In this document: in pieces, positions 35,223-43,185 of the stretch
Layout: every line of letters starts with the position of its first letter
Numbering within the stretch: the stretch's first letter is position 1
Virus record (IMG/VR): IMGVR_UViG_3300023181_000011
Coordinates: 1-50,923 of that record
Source: a virus
Taxonomy: Duplodnaviria; Caudoviricetes
Reading direction: 5' to 3' (one strand)
Length of the DNA: 50,923 nucleotides
Notes under the pieces: generated by a model
Told to the model about the DNA's origin: nothing
The model's input: only the letters and a program-made list of their open reading frames with translations
Database searches by the model: none
Translations under genes and position numbers: made by a program

Positions 35223-35383
35223 TAGACCTTGGCCTTGGGGTAGGCCCGCCGATATAGGTCACGAGCAGCAGCCTTGGAGAAAAAGAACTCCATGTCTTGG
35301 TTCGTCAACGCAATCCACAGCACTCGGAAATAATCACGGACTGTGGAAGTTTTAGGAACTGTGTGGATAACTCCTTCGGGCAT
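35222..35383 (-). CDS. Small hypothetical protein (MPEGVIHTVPK...)
   Basis: ATG just after the SSB stop. Confidence 0.6.
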   Translation of the reverse strand: MPEGVIHTVPKTSTVRDYFRVLWIALTNQDMEFFFSKAAARDLYRRAYPKAKV

Positions 35384-35384
35384 C

Positions 35385-35855
35385 TTAGTCGTTCGTCCAG
35401 TCGTCAACGGGGAACTCAACGTAGTCGTCACCACCAGCTGCACCACCCTCGTACGGGACATGTTCCCAGACTTGAATAGCAATCAGGCTTGGCTTCATGC
35501 GCTTGGCCTTACCGACTTCAACCGGGTTCAGTGCGAACTTAAAGTTGACGACGGAGCCGTTTCCGATACGCACGGTGGGGTCCCACGGTTGCCCCTTGCG
35601 GTCAACGACCGTGATAGGCTTTGCGGGGGTCTTGTCTTGCTTGATTTCTTTACGCTTGAAGGGGATGAATTGACCTTCAGCCGGGTGGTTGTCCTTCGTC
35701 TTGAGATAGAAGTCTGAGCCACCTTCAGCGAGGTACTTGTCAACTGCGTCTTGGTCAACGCCAATGTCGCAGGACCACTCTTTTTCACCGGCAGTGTAAC
35801 CGTCTTGGGGCTTACCGAGAATCTTCGCCCAGAAAATCTTGCCTTGTAGCATCAT
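35385..35855 (-). CDS. ssb: Single-stranded DNA-binding protein (T7 gp2.5-like)
   Basis: G...WAK, P..VVD..G.p.....IGNGS.v, L..iQV...V.Y, acidic C terminus. Confidence 0.88.
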   Translation of the reverse strand: MMLQGKIFWAKILGKPQDGYTAGEKEWSCDIGVDQDAVDKYLAEGGSDFYLKTKDNHPAEGQFIPFKRKEIKQDKTPAKPITVVDRKGQPWDPTVRIGNGSVVNFKFALNPVEVGKAKRMKPSLIAIQVWEHVPYEGGAAGGDDYVEFPVDDWTND

Positions 35856-36019
35856 CAGTTTTAAATTACTTTCTTTTTAAGTTTCTTTTTTTTAATCGTT
35901 GACAGAGTTACAGCGTACTCAGGCTTTGCAGGCCCTTTGGGTGTCTCGGGGATTCTGGTTATCTCTGTCAGTCGACGCCTACTACAATCCCTTTTTCGGC
36001 GTTTCGTCATCTTACCCAC

Positions 36020-36048
36020 AGTATACCATAGACCGGGGGCTTTGTCAA
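36020..36048 (-). promoter_or_regulatory. sigma70 promoter for the SSB-to-spanin transcript
   Basis: TTGACA-17 nt-TATACT with TGn. Confidence 0.85.
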
Positions 36049-36072
36049 GAACAAATTTATTTTTTCTGCCTC

Positions 36073-36101
36073 TTGACAGATTGGTCAGTTCATGTTATAA
36101 T
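36073..36101 (+). promoter_or_regulatory. Consensus sigma70 promoter, antisense to the replication arm
   Basis: TTGACA-17 nt-TATAAT with TGn. Confidence 0.85.
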
Positions 36102-36144
36102 TATCTTGCAGCGGGGGTAAATAGGGAAGGTAAATAACGAAGGA

Positions 36145-36173
36145 TTGACCTACTCTAAGAGTTATGGTATAGT
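36145..36173 (+). promoter_or_regulatory. Second tandem antisense sigma70 promoter
   Basis: TTGACC-17 nt-TATAGT with TGn. Confidence 0.7.
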
Positions 36174-36174
36174 C

Positions 36175-36783
36175 TCAGCCGTTGCCGACCCGGACGTTCC
36201 GGATAGGCTCACCGCGGTCAATCCTGTCCCACTCGGTGTCAGTGAACGGATCACGGACCCAACCGGGTTCAAGACCGTTGGCTTTGTCAATGAAGCTGTC
36301 CGCCCGAAGAATCGAACGTTCTTCATTGTTGACAGACCAAGGCGACACCTTCTTATTTTCCATCCCTTCCATGAACCCACGGCTCAGATGGACACCTTGT
36401 TCACCGTAGTAGCAGCGAACCATGTTGTTGTCGAAGTGCCCAAAGTGAGTCCCAATGAATGTGTTCCGTAGACCCATCACTTGAACGATGTTGTCTGTTG
36501 CATTGTGTCCAAACTCAGCAACGTTGAAGGCTCCGTCAGCGCCCGGATACTCTTCCACACCAAGGCGTCGCCGGAAGTGAAAGCCACGATTGTCCATGTG
36601 CGCTACAAAGGCATCAGACGCCACTAAGTCTGCACCGTTGTCAAGGAAGACGTCGATGTCGTTGTGGGGCAGACCCAACATATAGTCACGGATACAGCCG
36701 CCAGCGATGGTCGTTGTATGTCGATAACGACCAGCAGCCTGTACTCCGTTGTAAATCTGGCGCCAAGCGTCGTAGTTATTCAT
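36175..36783 (-). CDS. Nucleotidyltransferase (CCA-adding/poly(A) polymerase head-like)
   Basis: IAGGCIRD..LG....DIDVF motif; later HFD. Confidence 0.85.
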   Translation of the reverse strand: MNNYDAWRQIYNGVQAAGRYRHTTTIAGGCIRDYMLGLPHNDIDVFLDNGADLVASDAFVAHMDNRGFHFRRRLGVEEYPGADGAFNVAEFGHNATDNIVQVMGLRNTFIGTHFGHFDNNMVRCYYGEQGVHLSRGFMEGMENKKVSPWSVNNEERSILRADSFIDKANGLEPGWVRDPFTDTEWDRIDRGEPIRNVRVGNG

Positions 36784-36965
36784 TAGTCATCGTCTCCGTA
36801 ATCATCGTCTTCACCATCGTAGTGATCTTCGTCGTTCCATTCCCGGCATTCATCGCAGACGGGATAATCTTCGTCATCAAAGTGACTGATGATAAAGCTG
36901 TCAAAGTTATTGGCCGGTAAATCTTCCCCGCACTGGGGGCAACGGTAAAGGCCGTCGATAACCAT
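36783..36965 (-). CDS. Zn-ribbon protein with acidic tail (MVIDGLYRCPQC...)
   Basis: CPQC...CDEC; TAATG coupling to the Pol stop. Confidence 0.7.
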   Translation of the reverse strand: MVIDGLYRCPQCGEDLPANNFDSFIISHFDDEDYPVCDECREWNDEDHYDGEDDDYGDDD

Positions 36966-38785
36966 TAATGGGTGTCTGCCCATGTCTTTCCGATCTTGAA
37001 TTCGCCGTCTAACGGGACGGACAGGTTTAACATTTCGCCTGCTTGTCGCAGAGCAATTAGAGCCAACTCGCCGACACGTTGAGCGTCGGACGGGTGACAG
37101 TCGAACTGAGCTTCGTCGTGGATGTCGCCAACCTTCCAAGCGTCAAGGCCTTCGGCTTCGATCATCTGGTCAAGTAGGACGGCGCAGAGCTTCATTGCAA
37201 TACCGCCCGCAGATTGAAGCTTAGAGTTAAGAGCAGCGTGAGGACTGAGGCTATGAACGTAACCTCCATCAATGGTCTTAATCCAACCTGATTCAGCTTC
37301 TTGTTCAATTCTTTTAGCGAGCTGTAAGAGTCCGGGGGTGTTTGTAAGGAGAGTTTCTCGTATCTGCTTTCCAAACTTTGCACCCTTTCCGTAATGACTT
37401 CCAAGCTTTCCGTTAGACGCTCCGTACAGGAAGGCGTAGAAGTCAGTCTTGACGGGCTTGCGCTCGAATTGTACACCGAGGGCCACAGTAAGCGCCCCCG
37501 CGTTAAACGTGTGGGGGTCCCCGTAGATGTATAGGTCACTGGCCTCCTTGTTGTTGAGATAGTGCCCGAACATTCGCATTTCGAGGGCTGCGGCGTCGTA
37601 ACCCACGAGGACACGACCCGGAGTGGCCCGCCAGAGAGAACGGCATTCCACACCAAATTTAGCTTCGTTCCCCGGTATGTTGGCCGTATTTGGAGTCGTG
37701 TGCCGCATACGTCGTGTGATGGCACCACAAGTGAACACTCGGCCGTGAATTCGACCGTCTGCACCAACGTTGCCAAGCCAGGTATTGACCATGTTAGCTC
37801 GGCCATTAGCGACAAGCCAGTCGGCGATTGCTTGAATCTCGGGTCTCTTAGACGAGTTAGCAAAGGAGACCAAGGACTCTTCGTCAACCTTAGGGCTTCC
37901 TGTAGGAGTGAAAGTTGTAGGCTTCCATCCGAGGCTAAGGAGGCGTTTAACACGCTGAGCTGGGCTTCCGATATTGAAGTCTTGAAGTGTGTAGACGGTG
38001 TACGTGCCGTCGAGATTGTGTCGTAAGTCATCGTAGTTTGCTAAGTGCCTCTCGTAGCTAGCAGTTGGATCACCGTCCTTCTTAAGACGATATGTGTACG
38101 TACCGACGGGGACTAGCTCGGCGGGGAATAGCTCTTTAATAGGTCCCGCAAGGCTTTCTTCAATTCCTCTGAGTCGGTCGTAAAGGGATTGCGCAGCGGG
38201 TACGTCAAAAGAAAATCCCGTACGTTCTTGCTTGTCAACAACGATTCGAATCTTGTGTTCGATCCACACTGACAGTTCAGAAAACCCTCGACCACGTAGA
38301 CGTCCTGTAAGGGCAGTGTACACCCTGTAGGTAAGGTTGACGTCTTGGACGCAGTACACGAGCATTTCGTCTGTGAACTTTGACCAGTCATTGTAATCTC
38401 CCTTTTCGTCATTGAACCTTAGTCCCCATGCTTCGAGGCTGTGCGGCCCCTTTTTGCCACTGAGGCCCACAGGACGGGGCAGCTGTGGGTGATAAAGATA
38501 GCTAAGTACGAGGGTATCAATGCAACGATCCAAGCTAAGCTTGAGACCAAGAATGCGGTTGAGAGTAGGAACATCGTAGCTAATGATGTTGTGACCGATG
38601 AGAACATAGGACGTTGGGAGTTCAGACGCCCATCGACGAATTTCAGAGTGCCCGACGAACGACTCAACGCTCCCGGTGGCGACGTTTCGGCTGACGAGGC
38701 ACCAGATTGTGTCTGCGTCGTCAAGTCCGTTCGCCTCAATGTCGATGACAAAATAGTTTGAAAGATCATTTTTTTCTAAGTACAA
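36965..38785 (-). CDS. polA: Family A DNA polymerase with 3'-5' exonuclease (Tyr762 type); probable TTG start at 38785
   Basis: DIEA, GHN...YD, Y..QD exonuclease motifs; DAAALEMR, R...KT.fYafLYG, HDE. Confidence 0.95.
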   Translation of the reverse strand: MYLEKNDLSNYFVIDIEANGLDDADTIWCLVSRNVATGSVESFVGHSEIRRWASELPTSYVLIGHNIISYDVPTLNRILGLKLSLDRCIDTLVLSYLYHPQLPRPVGLSGKKGPHSLEAWGLRFNDEKGDYNDWSKFTDEMLVYCVQDVNLTYRVYTALTGRLRGRGFSELSVWIEHKIRIVVDKQERTGFSFDVPAAQSLYDRLRGIEESLAGPIKELFPAELVPVGTYTYRLKKDGDPTASYERHLANYDDLRHNLDGTYTVYTLQDFNIGSPAQRVKRLLSLGWKPTTFTPTGSPKVDEESLVSFANSSKRPEIQAIADWLVANGRANMVNTWLGNVGADGRIHGRVFTCGAITRRMRHTTPNTANIPGNEAKFGVECRSLWRATPGRVLVGYDAAALEMRMFGHYLNNKEASDLYIYGDPHTFNAGALTVALGVQFERKPVKTDFYAFLYGASNGKLGSHYGKGAKFGKQIRETLLTNTPGLLQLAKRIEQEAESGWIKTIDGGYVHSLSPHAALNSKLQSAGGIAMKLCAVLLDQMIEAEGLDAWKVGDIHDEAQFDCHPSDAQRVGELALIALRQAGEMLNLSVPLDGEFKIGKTWADTH

Positions 38786-38827
38786 ACTTATGAATCCACC
38801 GGGCGTACACAAGGCCCTGCGGGTTTA

Positions 38828-39343
38828 CTATGGGATTAACTTAAGCGCTGCGTTCCACTCAATAGGCGTATAGTCGGTATGTTCAACCGAGACACACAGA
38901 TATCTCGGATCGTCAATCTTTTGGTAATGAAGATGGCCGTGGATATTAATCCCGTATCGTCCCACACTGTCAGGGTGAACAGGGATGTGAGACATGATAA
39001 CCTTTCGGCCGTCTGTTGTCTTTTTAACAACGTAGGCCCTGATGTCGTCAAAGTGTGGGGCGTAGTCGTTAAGGGTAAAGATGTCGTGATTGCCTTTAAC
39101 CAAGACCTTCCGGCCCTTCAAAGCCCACAGTGTCTTAAGGCATCGACGGTTCATGGCCACGTCACCTAGCAGGTACACACGGTCTTTGTCGCCGACAACC
39201 TTGTTCCAGTTCTCGATCAGGGCTTCGTCCATTGTGTCTGGATCGTCCCACGGACGCAAGGGTGACCCATCTTCTCGTGTAAACTTACAGACCCCGGCGT
39301 GACCGAAGTGTGGGTCTGCTGTGATCCAAGTGTTACCACTCAT
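38828..39343 (-). CDS. Metallophosphoesterase
   Basis: DPHFGH, LGD, GNHD, HGHLH. Confidence 0.9.
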   Translation of the reverse strand: MSGNTWITADPHFGHAGVCKFTREDGSPLRPWDDPDTMDEALIENWNKVVGDKDRVYLLGDVAMNRRCLKTLWALKGRKVLVKGNHDIFTLNDYAPHFDDIRAYVVKKTTDGRKVIMSHIPVHPDSVGRYGINIHGHLHYQKIDDPRYLCVSVEHTDYTPIEWNAALKLIP

Positions 39344-39561
39344 TAGTCAACCTCCAACCAAACTGTTGCACCGCACTTAAGCGGATGCTCTGGGTCGTAC
39401 ACTAACTGTGCTTGACCCGGGATGTCGTACTTATCGTAGTACACCGGTTTACCGTTGCGCCCACGTCTCACGGAGATTGGGGGATCAGCTGTTCCGTTCT
39501 TTTTATTGGCAGCGATTACGTGCCGGTTAATGACGACAATCGTTTTAGCCGTCATTTCCAA
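39343..39561 (-). CDS. Small conserved phage protein
   Basis: iN+h.I..N.K.g...Pp...Y.P..PL.CGA.VW pattern. Confidence 0.75.
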   Translation of the reverse strand: MEMTAKTIVVINRHVIAANKKNGTADPPISVRRGRNGKPVYYDKYDIPGQAQLVYDPEHPLKCGATVWLEVD

Positions 39562-39734
39562 TGCAACTGTTCTGTGTATTCGTAGTAAGCTTTAAGAAAC
39601 TCAGCCGACTTGCCTCCGGGGTCAAAGCCGTACCGCATTTCAGCCGCCAAGTAACCTTCGTACGTATCACCAAATGAGTGAAACTTACCAGTCTTGTCGA
39701 TAAATCCCCCCATCTTCTTTGTGATTACACCCAT
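39552..39734 (-). CDS. Small hypothetical protein (MGVITKKMGG...)
   Basis: GAGGA RBS before the ATG at 39734. Confidence 0.6.
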   Translation of the reverse strand: MGVITKKMGGFIDKTGKFHSFGDTYEGYLAAEMRYGFDPGGKSAEFLKAYYEYTEQLHWK

Positions 39735-41353
39735 GGTGCTTCCTCTTCCTGTGCTACACCGCCGTCTTCGTACGCTTTCACTTCGGCTTCCGTAAGCTCC
39801 ACCAGACGACCCGAGCCTTCGTTGTACCAAAGCCAGCATGCAGGCCCTGTCTTCCCGCTAAAACGGTTCTTTTCCACGACAATCTTGGTGACATTACGCC
39901 GCCATTCATTGATGTCCGTCTTATCGCGGTACAACTTGAAGACAATGTTCGCCAGTTGCTCAACTCCCGCCGTACCACGAATCTGGCCGTTTCGATTTTG
40001 ATGGATAACCGCAATGACGGCAATATTGAGTTCCATGCAAAGTGTCTTGAGCTTAGTCGAAATCTCATCTAGTTGCTTACGCTCATCCCCGCTTTGATCC
40101 GATACAACAATGGATAAGTGATCCAAGACGATGTACTTGCACCCAAGATTGTGCATGTGGCGGACTTTGGCGAGGATTTCATAAATGCTATTGGACCCGA
40201 AGTGGTCCCAGATAACAACTCGGTTAGTGTCGATAGTATCAGTAAAGTAAGACTTTAGTTCATCGTTGTCTACCGCCGCACGAACGTCAGGGAGATGAAG
40301 GGGCTTGTTCGCCGTAATTGACATGAGCCCAAGCGCCGTATCTGAGTTTGGTTCCTCCAAATGAAGAAGACCAATACCTCTTGTGGTGTTTTTGAGCAGA
40401 TAATGCTCAATTTCCTTGAGAATGGAGGTTTTCCCAATTCCAGTCTCAGCGGTGACGACCACAAATTCTGATAGACGAATTCCATACGTCATCCTTTGCA
40501 AGCCGTCCCACGGATAGTTGACGGTCTCGAAGTTTTTGGGCTGACTGATTTCTTCCCACATGTCGGACCCCAGCTTGAGGCCGTCAGGTTGGACCGTGGG
40601 CGCTTGCCACCATTGCTTGCTGAAGACGTCGCCCTTACCCGCTAGGAGGTAATCGTTGGCGTCCTTGAAGCCGTCACGCGGCGTAAACATCTTGACCTTG
40701 CCGGGCTCAAACATCCCAGCCACAGCCTTAGCAGCTTCCTGTCCCGGATAGAAGTCCGAGCCGTCAGGGCGCTTCTTGGCTTCGTCACGGTCAAAGCAGA
40801 TGACGATGTTTTCGAAGCTGTTTAGGTACTCAAACGACTTAGCGACATCCGCTTGAGCTGAAGACGCGCCCTTAACAGATACAACCGGCCAACGGCTCCC
40901 AAGCATTTCATAAGCAGCCATAGCGTCACATTCACCTTCGGTGATCGTAATGAACTTGGCTTCCGCTGGCTCAAAGAGCTGTTGACCAAATAGACCCGCA
41001 GCCTGCCACTTGCCTTCAATAGCAAACTGCTTATCAGGTTGACGCTGCTTATTAGCAACGTGATGACCTTCGTCGTCAAAGTAAGGATAAATGTGCCGAC
41101 TGTCACCAACAAACGTGACGCCAAACTTCTTAGCTGTGTTCGCACTGATGCCTCGGTCGCTGAGGGACTTGAAGGTTTCGGGGATTGCTGTAACGGGTTT
41201 CGAATGTGTGATAGTTGTGTGCCTCTCGGTTGGCCCGTCAAGGGCTGCTGTACGAGTTTCACACACGAAACAATAGCTGTGACCGTCGCTGTGTAAAGCG
41301 TTACCGTCAGAGCTTCCACAGGCCTCACACGGCCCATGGGATAGCCAACTCAA
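39725..41353 (-). CDS. DNA primase-helicase (T7 gp4-like)
   Basis: C..CGSSD...YCF.C zinc finger, TOPRIM EGE.D/FD.D/KDAND, Walker A ETGIGKT, LDHLSI, KNRF.G.TG. Confidence 0.95.
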   Translation of the reverse strand: MSWLSHGPCEACGSSDGNALHSDGHSYCFVCETRTAALDGPTERHTTITHSKPVTAIPETFKSLSDRGISANTAKKFGVTFVGDSRHIYPYFDDEGHHVANKQRQPDKQFAIEGKWQAAGLFGQQLFEPAEAKFITITEGECDAMAAYEMLGSRWPVVSVKGASSAQADVAKSFEYLNSFENIVICFDRDEAKKRPDGSDFYPGQEAAKAVAGMFEPGKVKMFTPRDGFKDANDYLLAGKGDVFSKQWWQAPTVQPDGLKLGSDMWEEISQPKNFETVNYPWDGLQRMTYGIRLSEFVVVTAETGIGKTSILKEIEHYLLKNTTRGIGLLHLEEPNSDTALGLMSITANKPLHLPDVRAAVDNDELKSYFTDTIDTNRVVIWDHFGSNSIYEILAKVRHMHNLGCKYIVLDHLSIVVSDQSGDERKQLDEISTKLKTLCMELNIAVIAVIHQNRNGQIRGTAGVEQLANIVFKLYRDKTDINEWRRNVTKIVVEKNRFSGKTGPACWLWYNEGSGRLVELTEAEVKAYEDGGVAQEEEAPWV

Positions 41354-41523
41354 TAGTCGATGGGTTCGTCGTCTAAGATCGCTTCACCGTCGAAGTCGTC
41401 GTCGTTCTCTTCGAGCATCTGATCCCAGCCAGCTTCCCAGCCCAACATGTAGTCAGGGTTGTCGGGTTGCCGTGGGGCGTCGTAATGCCAGAAGTCGTTG
41501 TATCCTTGTTCTTCGCTGCTCAT
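41350..41523 (-). CDS. Small acidic protein, 57 aa (MSSEEQGYNDFW...)
   Basis: ATGA overlap with the ThyX stop and TTGA overlap with the primase start; read manually. Confidence 0.65.
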   Translation of the reverse strand: MSSEEQGYNDFWHYDAPRQPDNPDYMLGWEAGWDQMLEENDDDFDGEAILDDEPIDY

Positions 41524-42155
41524 CCTAATGCTTTCTGTACTTGGGGAAATTGACTGAGGACCAGATTTCTAAGGGACTCTGCCAGTAAGCGGTGCTCCTT
41601 TTGAGTGCCGTCGGTGCATCGCGCTTGGAAATAATGAATCCACGACCGAAGTGTGCCATTCATGTACATCTTGGTAGGCACGAGCCCTTCAGGAAGAACT
41701 GCTCTTGCGACTTCTTTGGCGACGCCTCGGTCGAGCGCTTGTTGGTATACCGTCCCGGTGTGATCCGCGACAGCTTCAACAGCTGAACTCCACCACGCGT
41801 CCAGAACCAATTCTTCTGGGGCGTTCCCTTCAACTTCCACAGAAGCTTGGCGGTTCGTGGGATGTTGCAGCCTACACTCTCGAACAGTTTTGAGTTCGTC
41901 GTAAGCTGCGTATCGACCCGAAAATTCCTGAAACGTAAATGAACGGTGTCGTAAGATTTGTCGGCTGATGTCACGGGTTGTGTTTATCTCCACACAGCAG
42001 TTAACCATTTCAAACGGGGACCAATGACCATGTTTGATCAGGTAAGCGATTAACTTAGAGGCGTCGTCCAGTGGTGACGCGTTCGGGTTCGACACTCGGG
42101 CCATGTACCCCAATAGCTCGTCGCCGTTCGGGGTTGCCCAGATCAATTTGGCCAT
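41520..42155 (-). CDS. thyX: Flavin-dependent thymidylate synthase
   Basis: H.SPFE, RHRSFTFQEFS.RY, E.AR.VLP, Q.EHR. Confidence 0.95.
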   Translation of the reverse strand: MAKLIWATPNGDELLGYMARVSNPNASPLDDASKLIAYLIKHGHWSPFEMVNCCVEINTTRDISRQILRHRSFTFQEFSGRYAAYDELKTVRECRLQHPTNRQASVEVEGNAPEELVLDAWWSSAVEAVADHTGTVYQQALDRGVAKEVARAVLPEGLVPTKMYMNGTLRSWIHYFQARCTDGTQKEHRLLAESLRNLVLSQFPQVQKALG

Positions 42156-42345
42156 TTTCAGTCTCTCCTTCAAACAAAAGAAGAGCTAACTCGCCCCAAG
42201 TGATCGTCTCGTCAGGGTCACCACGACCGCCGACGGTGTCTTGAACAATTTGTTCACATCTGCTGCACGGCTTGGGTTTCATGTCACGCCCGTCAAGGCG
42301 CAACTCGTCCATGCCAGTGCCGCAAATGTAGCAGGGTGTACTCAT
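42055..42345 (-). CDS. Zn-finger hypothetical protein
   Basis: CYIC...PC..C; long overlap with thyX. Confidence 0.6.
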   Translation of the reverse strand: MSTPCYICGTGMDELRLDGRDMKPKPCSRCEQIVQDTVGGRGDPDETITWGELALLLFEGETENGQIDLGNPERRRAIGVHGPSVEPERVTTGRRL

Positions 42346-42434
42346 CCGAAGCGGTACATTAAGAACTTAATAATAGACCCGACGATGTCTGCGAAGCCCC
42401 AACCCGCAAGGAAGTAAATGATAAAGTCGATCAA
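42342..42434 (-). CDS. 30-aa membrane peptide (MIDFIIYFLAGWGFADIVGSIIKFLMYRFG)
   Basis: AGGAG RBS, TTG start, 4-nt overlaps at both ends. Confidence 0.65.
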   Translation of the reverse strand: MIDFIIYFLAGWGFADIVGSIIKFLMYRFG

Positions 42435-43183
42435 CGAAACGCTCCTGCGTAATTTGTGACTGTGGTACCAACAAGGCCGGGGGCACTATTGATTTCAAGG
42501 ACGTATGATAGACGATCCGGGTGTGCACGCGTTGGCTTTGACACCATCACATCCACCGCACCAAAGTCCAGCCCAACGGCTTCCATTGCCGCGACAGCTT
42601 GGCGAACAGTGTCTTCGGACGGCTGCCCCGAATTACGTGCGTAGATAAATCCACCGGAATGATTGCGTACTGCCCAGTTAGGTTCTCCTGTAAAATCAGG
42701 GTCCCGTATCTTTCGAGTAGAGTCGATGACTTGGCCCTTGACAACGTGAATCCTCCACTCACTTTCTTTCACAATGTACTTAGTATAGCACGGACTGGCC
42801 GGAATGTCAACCCTCGGCTCGACGATTTCGATGCCTTCGCCGCTGTGCCCATTCAGTGTGTGACGACAAACGACCTTAGTACCCCAGCCTCGGGCCACGG
42901 CTGCGTCGGTGGTGAAGTCAACACAGCGAGCCCGATTACCAACATGATTAAAAAACGCCAGTTTATTGGCGGCAACACGGACGCGATCAGGCGGATTGAG
43001 AACCATGCCAGCGCCAGCCACATGATCAGGAAGAGCGCCAGCGTGTCCCCAATTGATAAGGGTGTCGGCTCGTCCGAGTCGTACCTTCGATCCAACGTGT
43101 TTAACCCTTCGGATGCCCAGAGCCTCAGCAAGCGCCTTAGCGCCCTGAGACCCCGGGTTATGTGAATAGATGTAAGTAGCCAT
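42431..43183 (-). CDS. ATP-grasp ligase (RimK/YheCD-like, phiEco32 type)
   Basis: INWG, NKL, GhSG.GI, E.R.HV, GLDFGAVD, LEINSAPGL. Confidence 0.9.
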   Translation of the reverse strand: MATYIYSHNPGSQGAKALAEALGIRRVKHVGSKVRLGRADTLINWGHAGALPDHVAGAGMVLNPPDRVRVAANKLAFFNHVGNRARCVDFTTDAAVARGWGTKVVCRHTLNGHSGEGIEIVEPRVDIPASPCYTKYIVKESEWRIHVVKGQVIDSTRKIRDPDFTGEPNWAVRNHSGGFIYARNSGQPSEDTVRQAVAAMEAVGLDFGAVDVMVSKPTRAHPDRLSYVLEINSAPGLVGTTVTNYAGAFR

Positions 43184-43185
43184 AG

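Noticed and set aside
35960-36010. GAAACGCC...GGCGUC resembling hammerhead stem III
   Set aside because: No CUGANGA core with stems I and II in a valid order (only CUGACAGA and CUGAGUA)
36145-36471. 108-aa + strand ORF as the target of the antisense promoters
   Set aside because: Its TTG is the -35 box of the second promoter and it is fully antisense to the nucleotidyltransferase; not excluded, but unsupported
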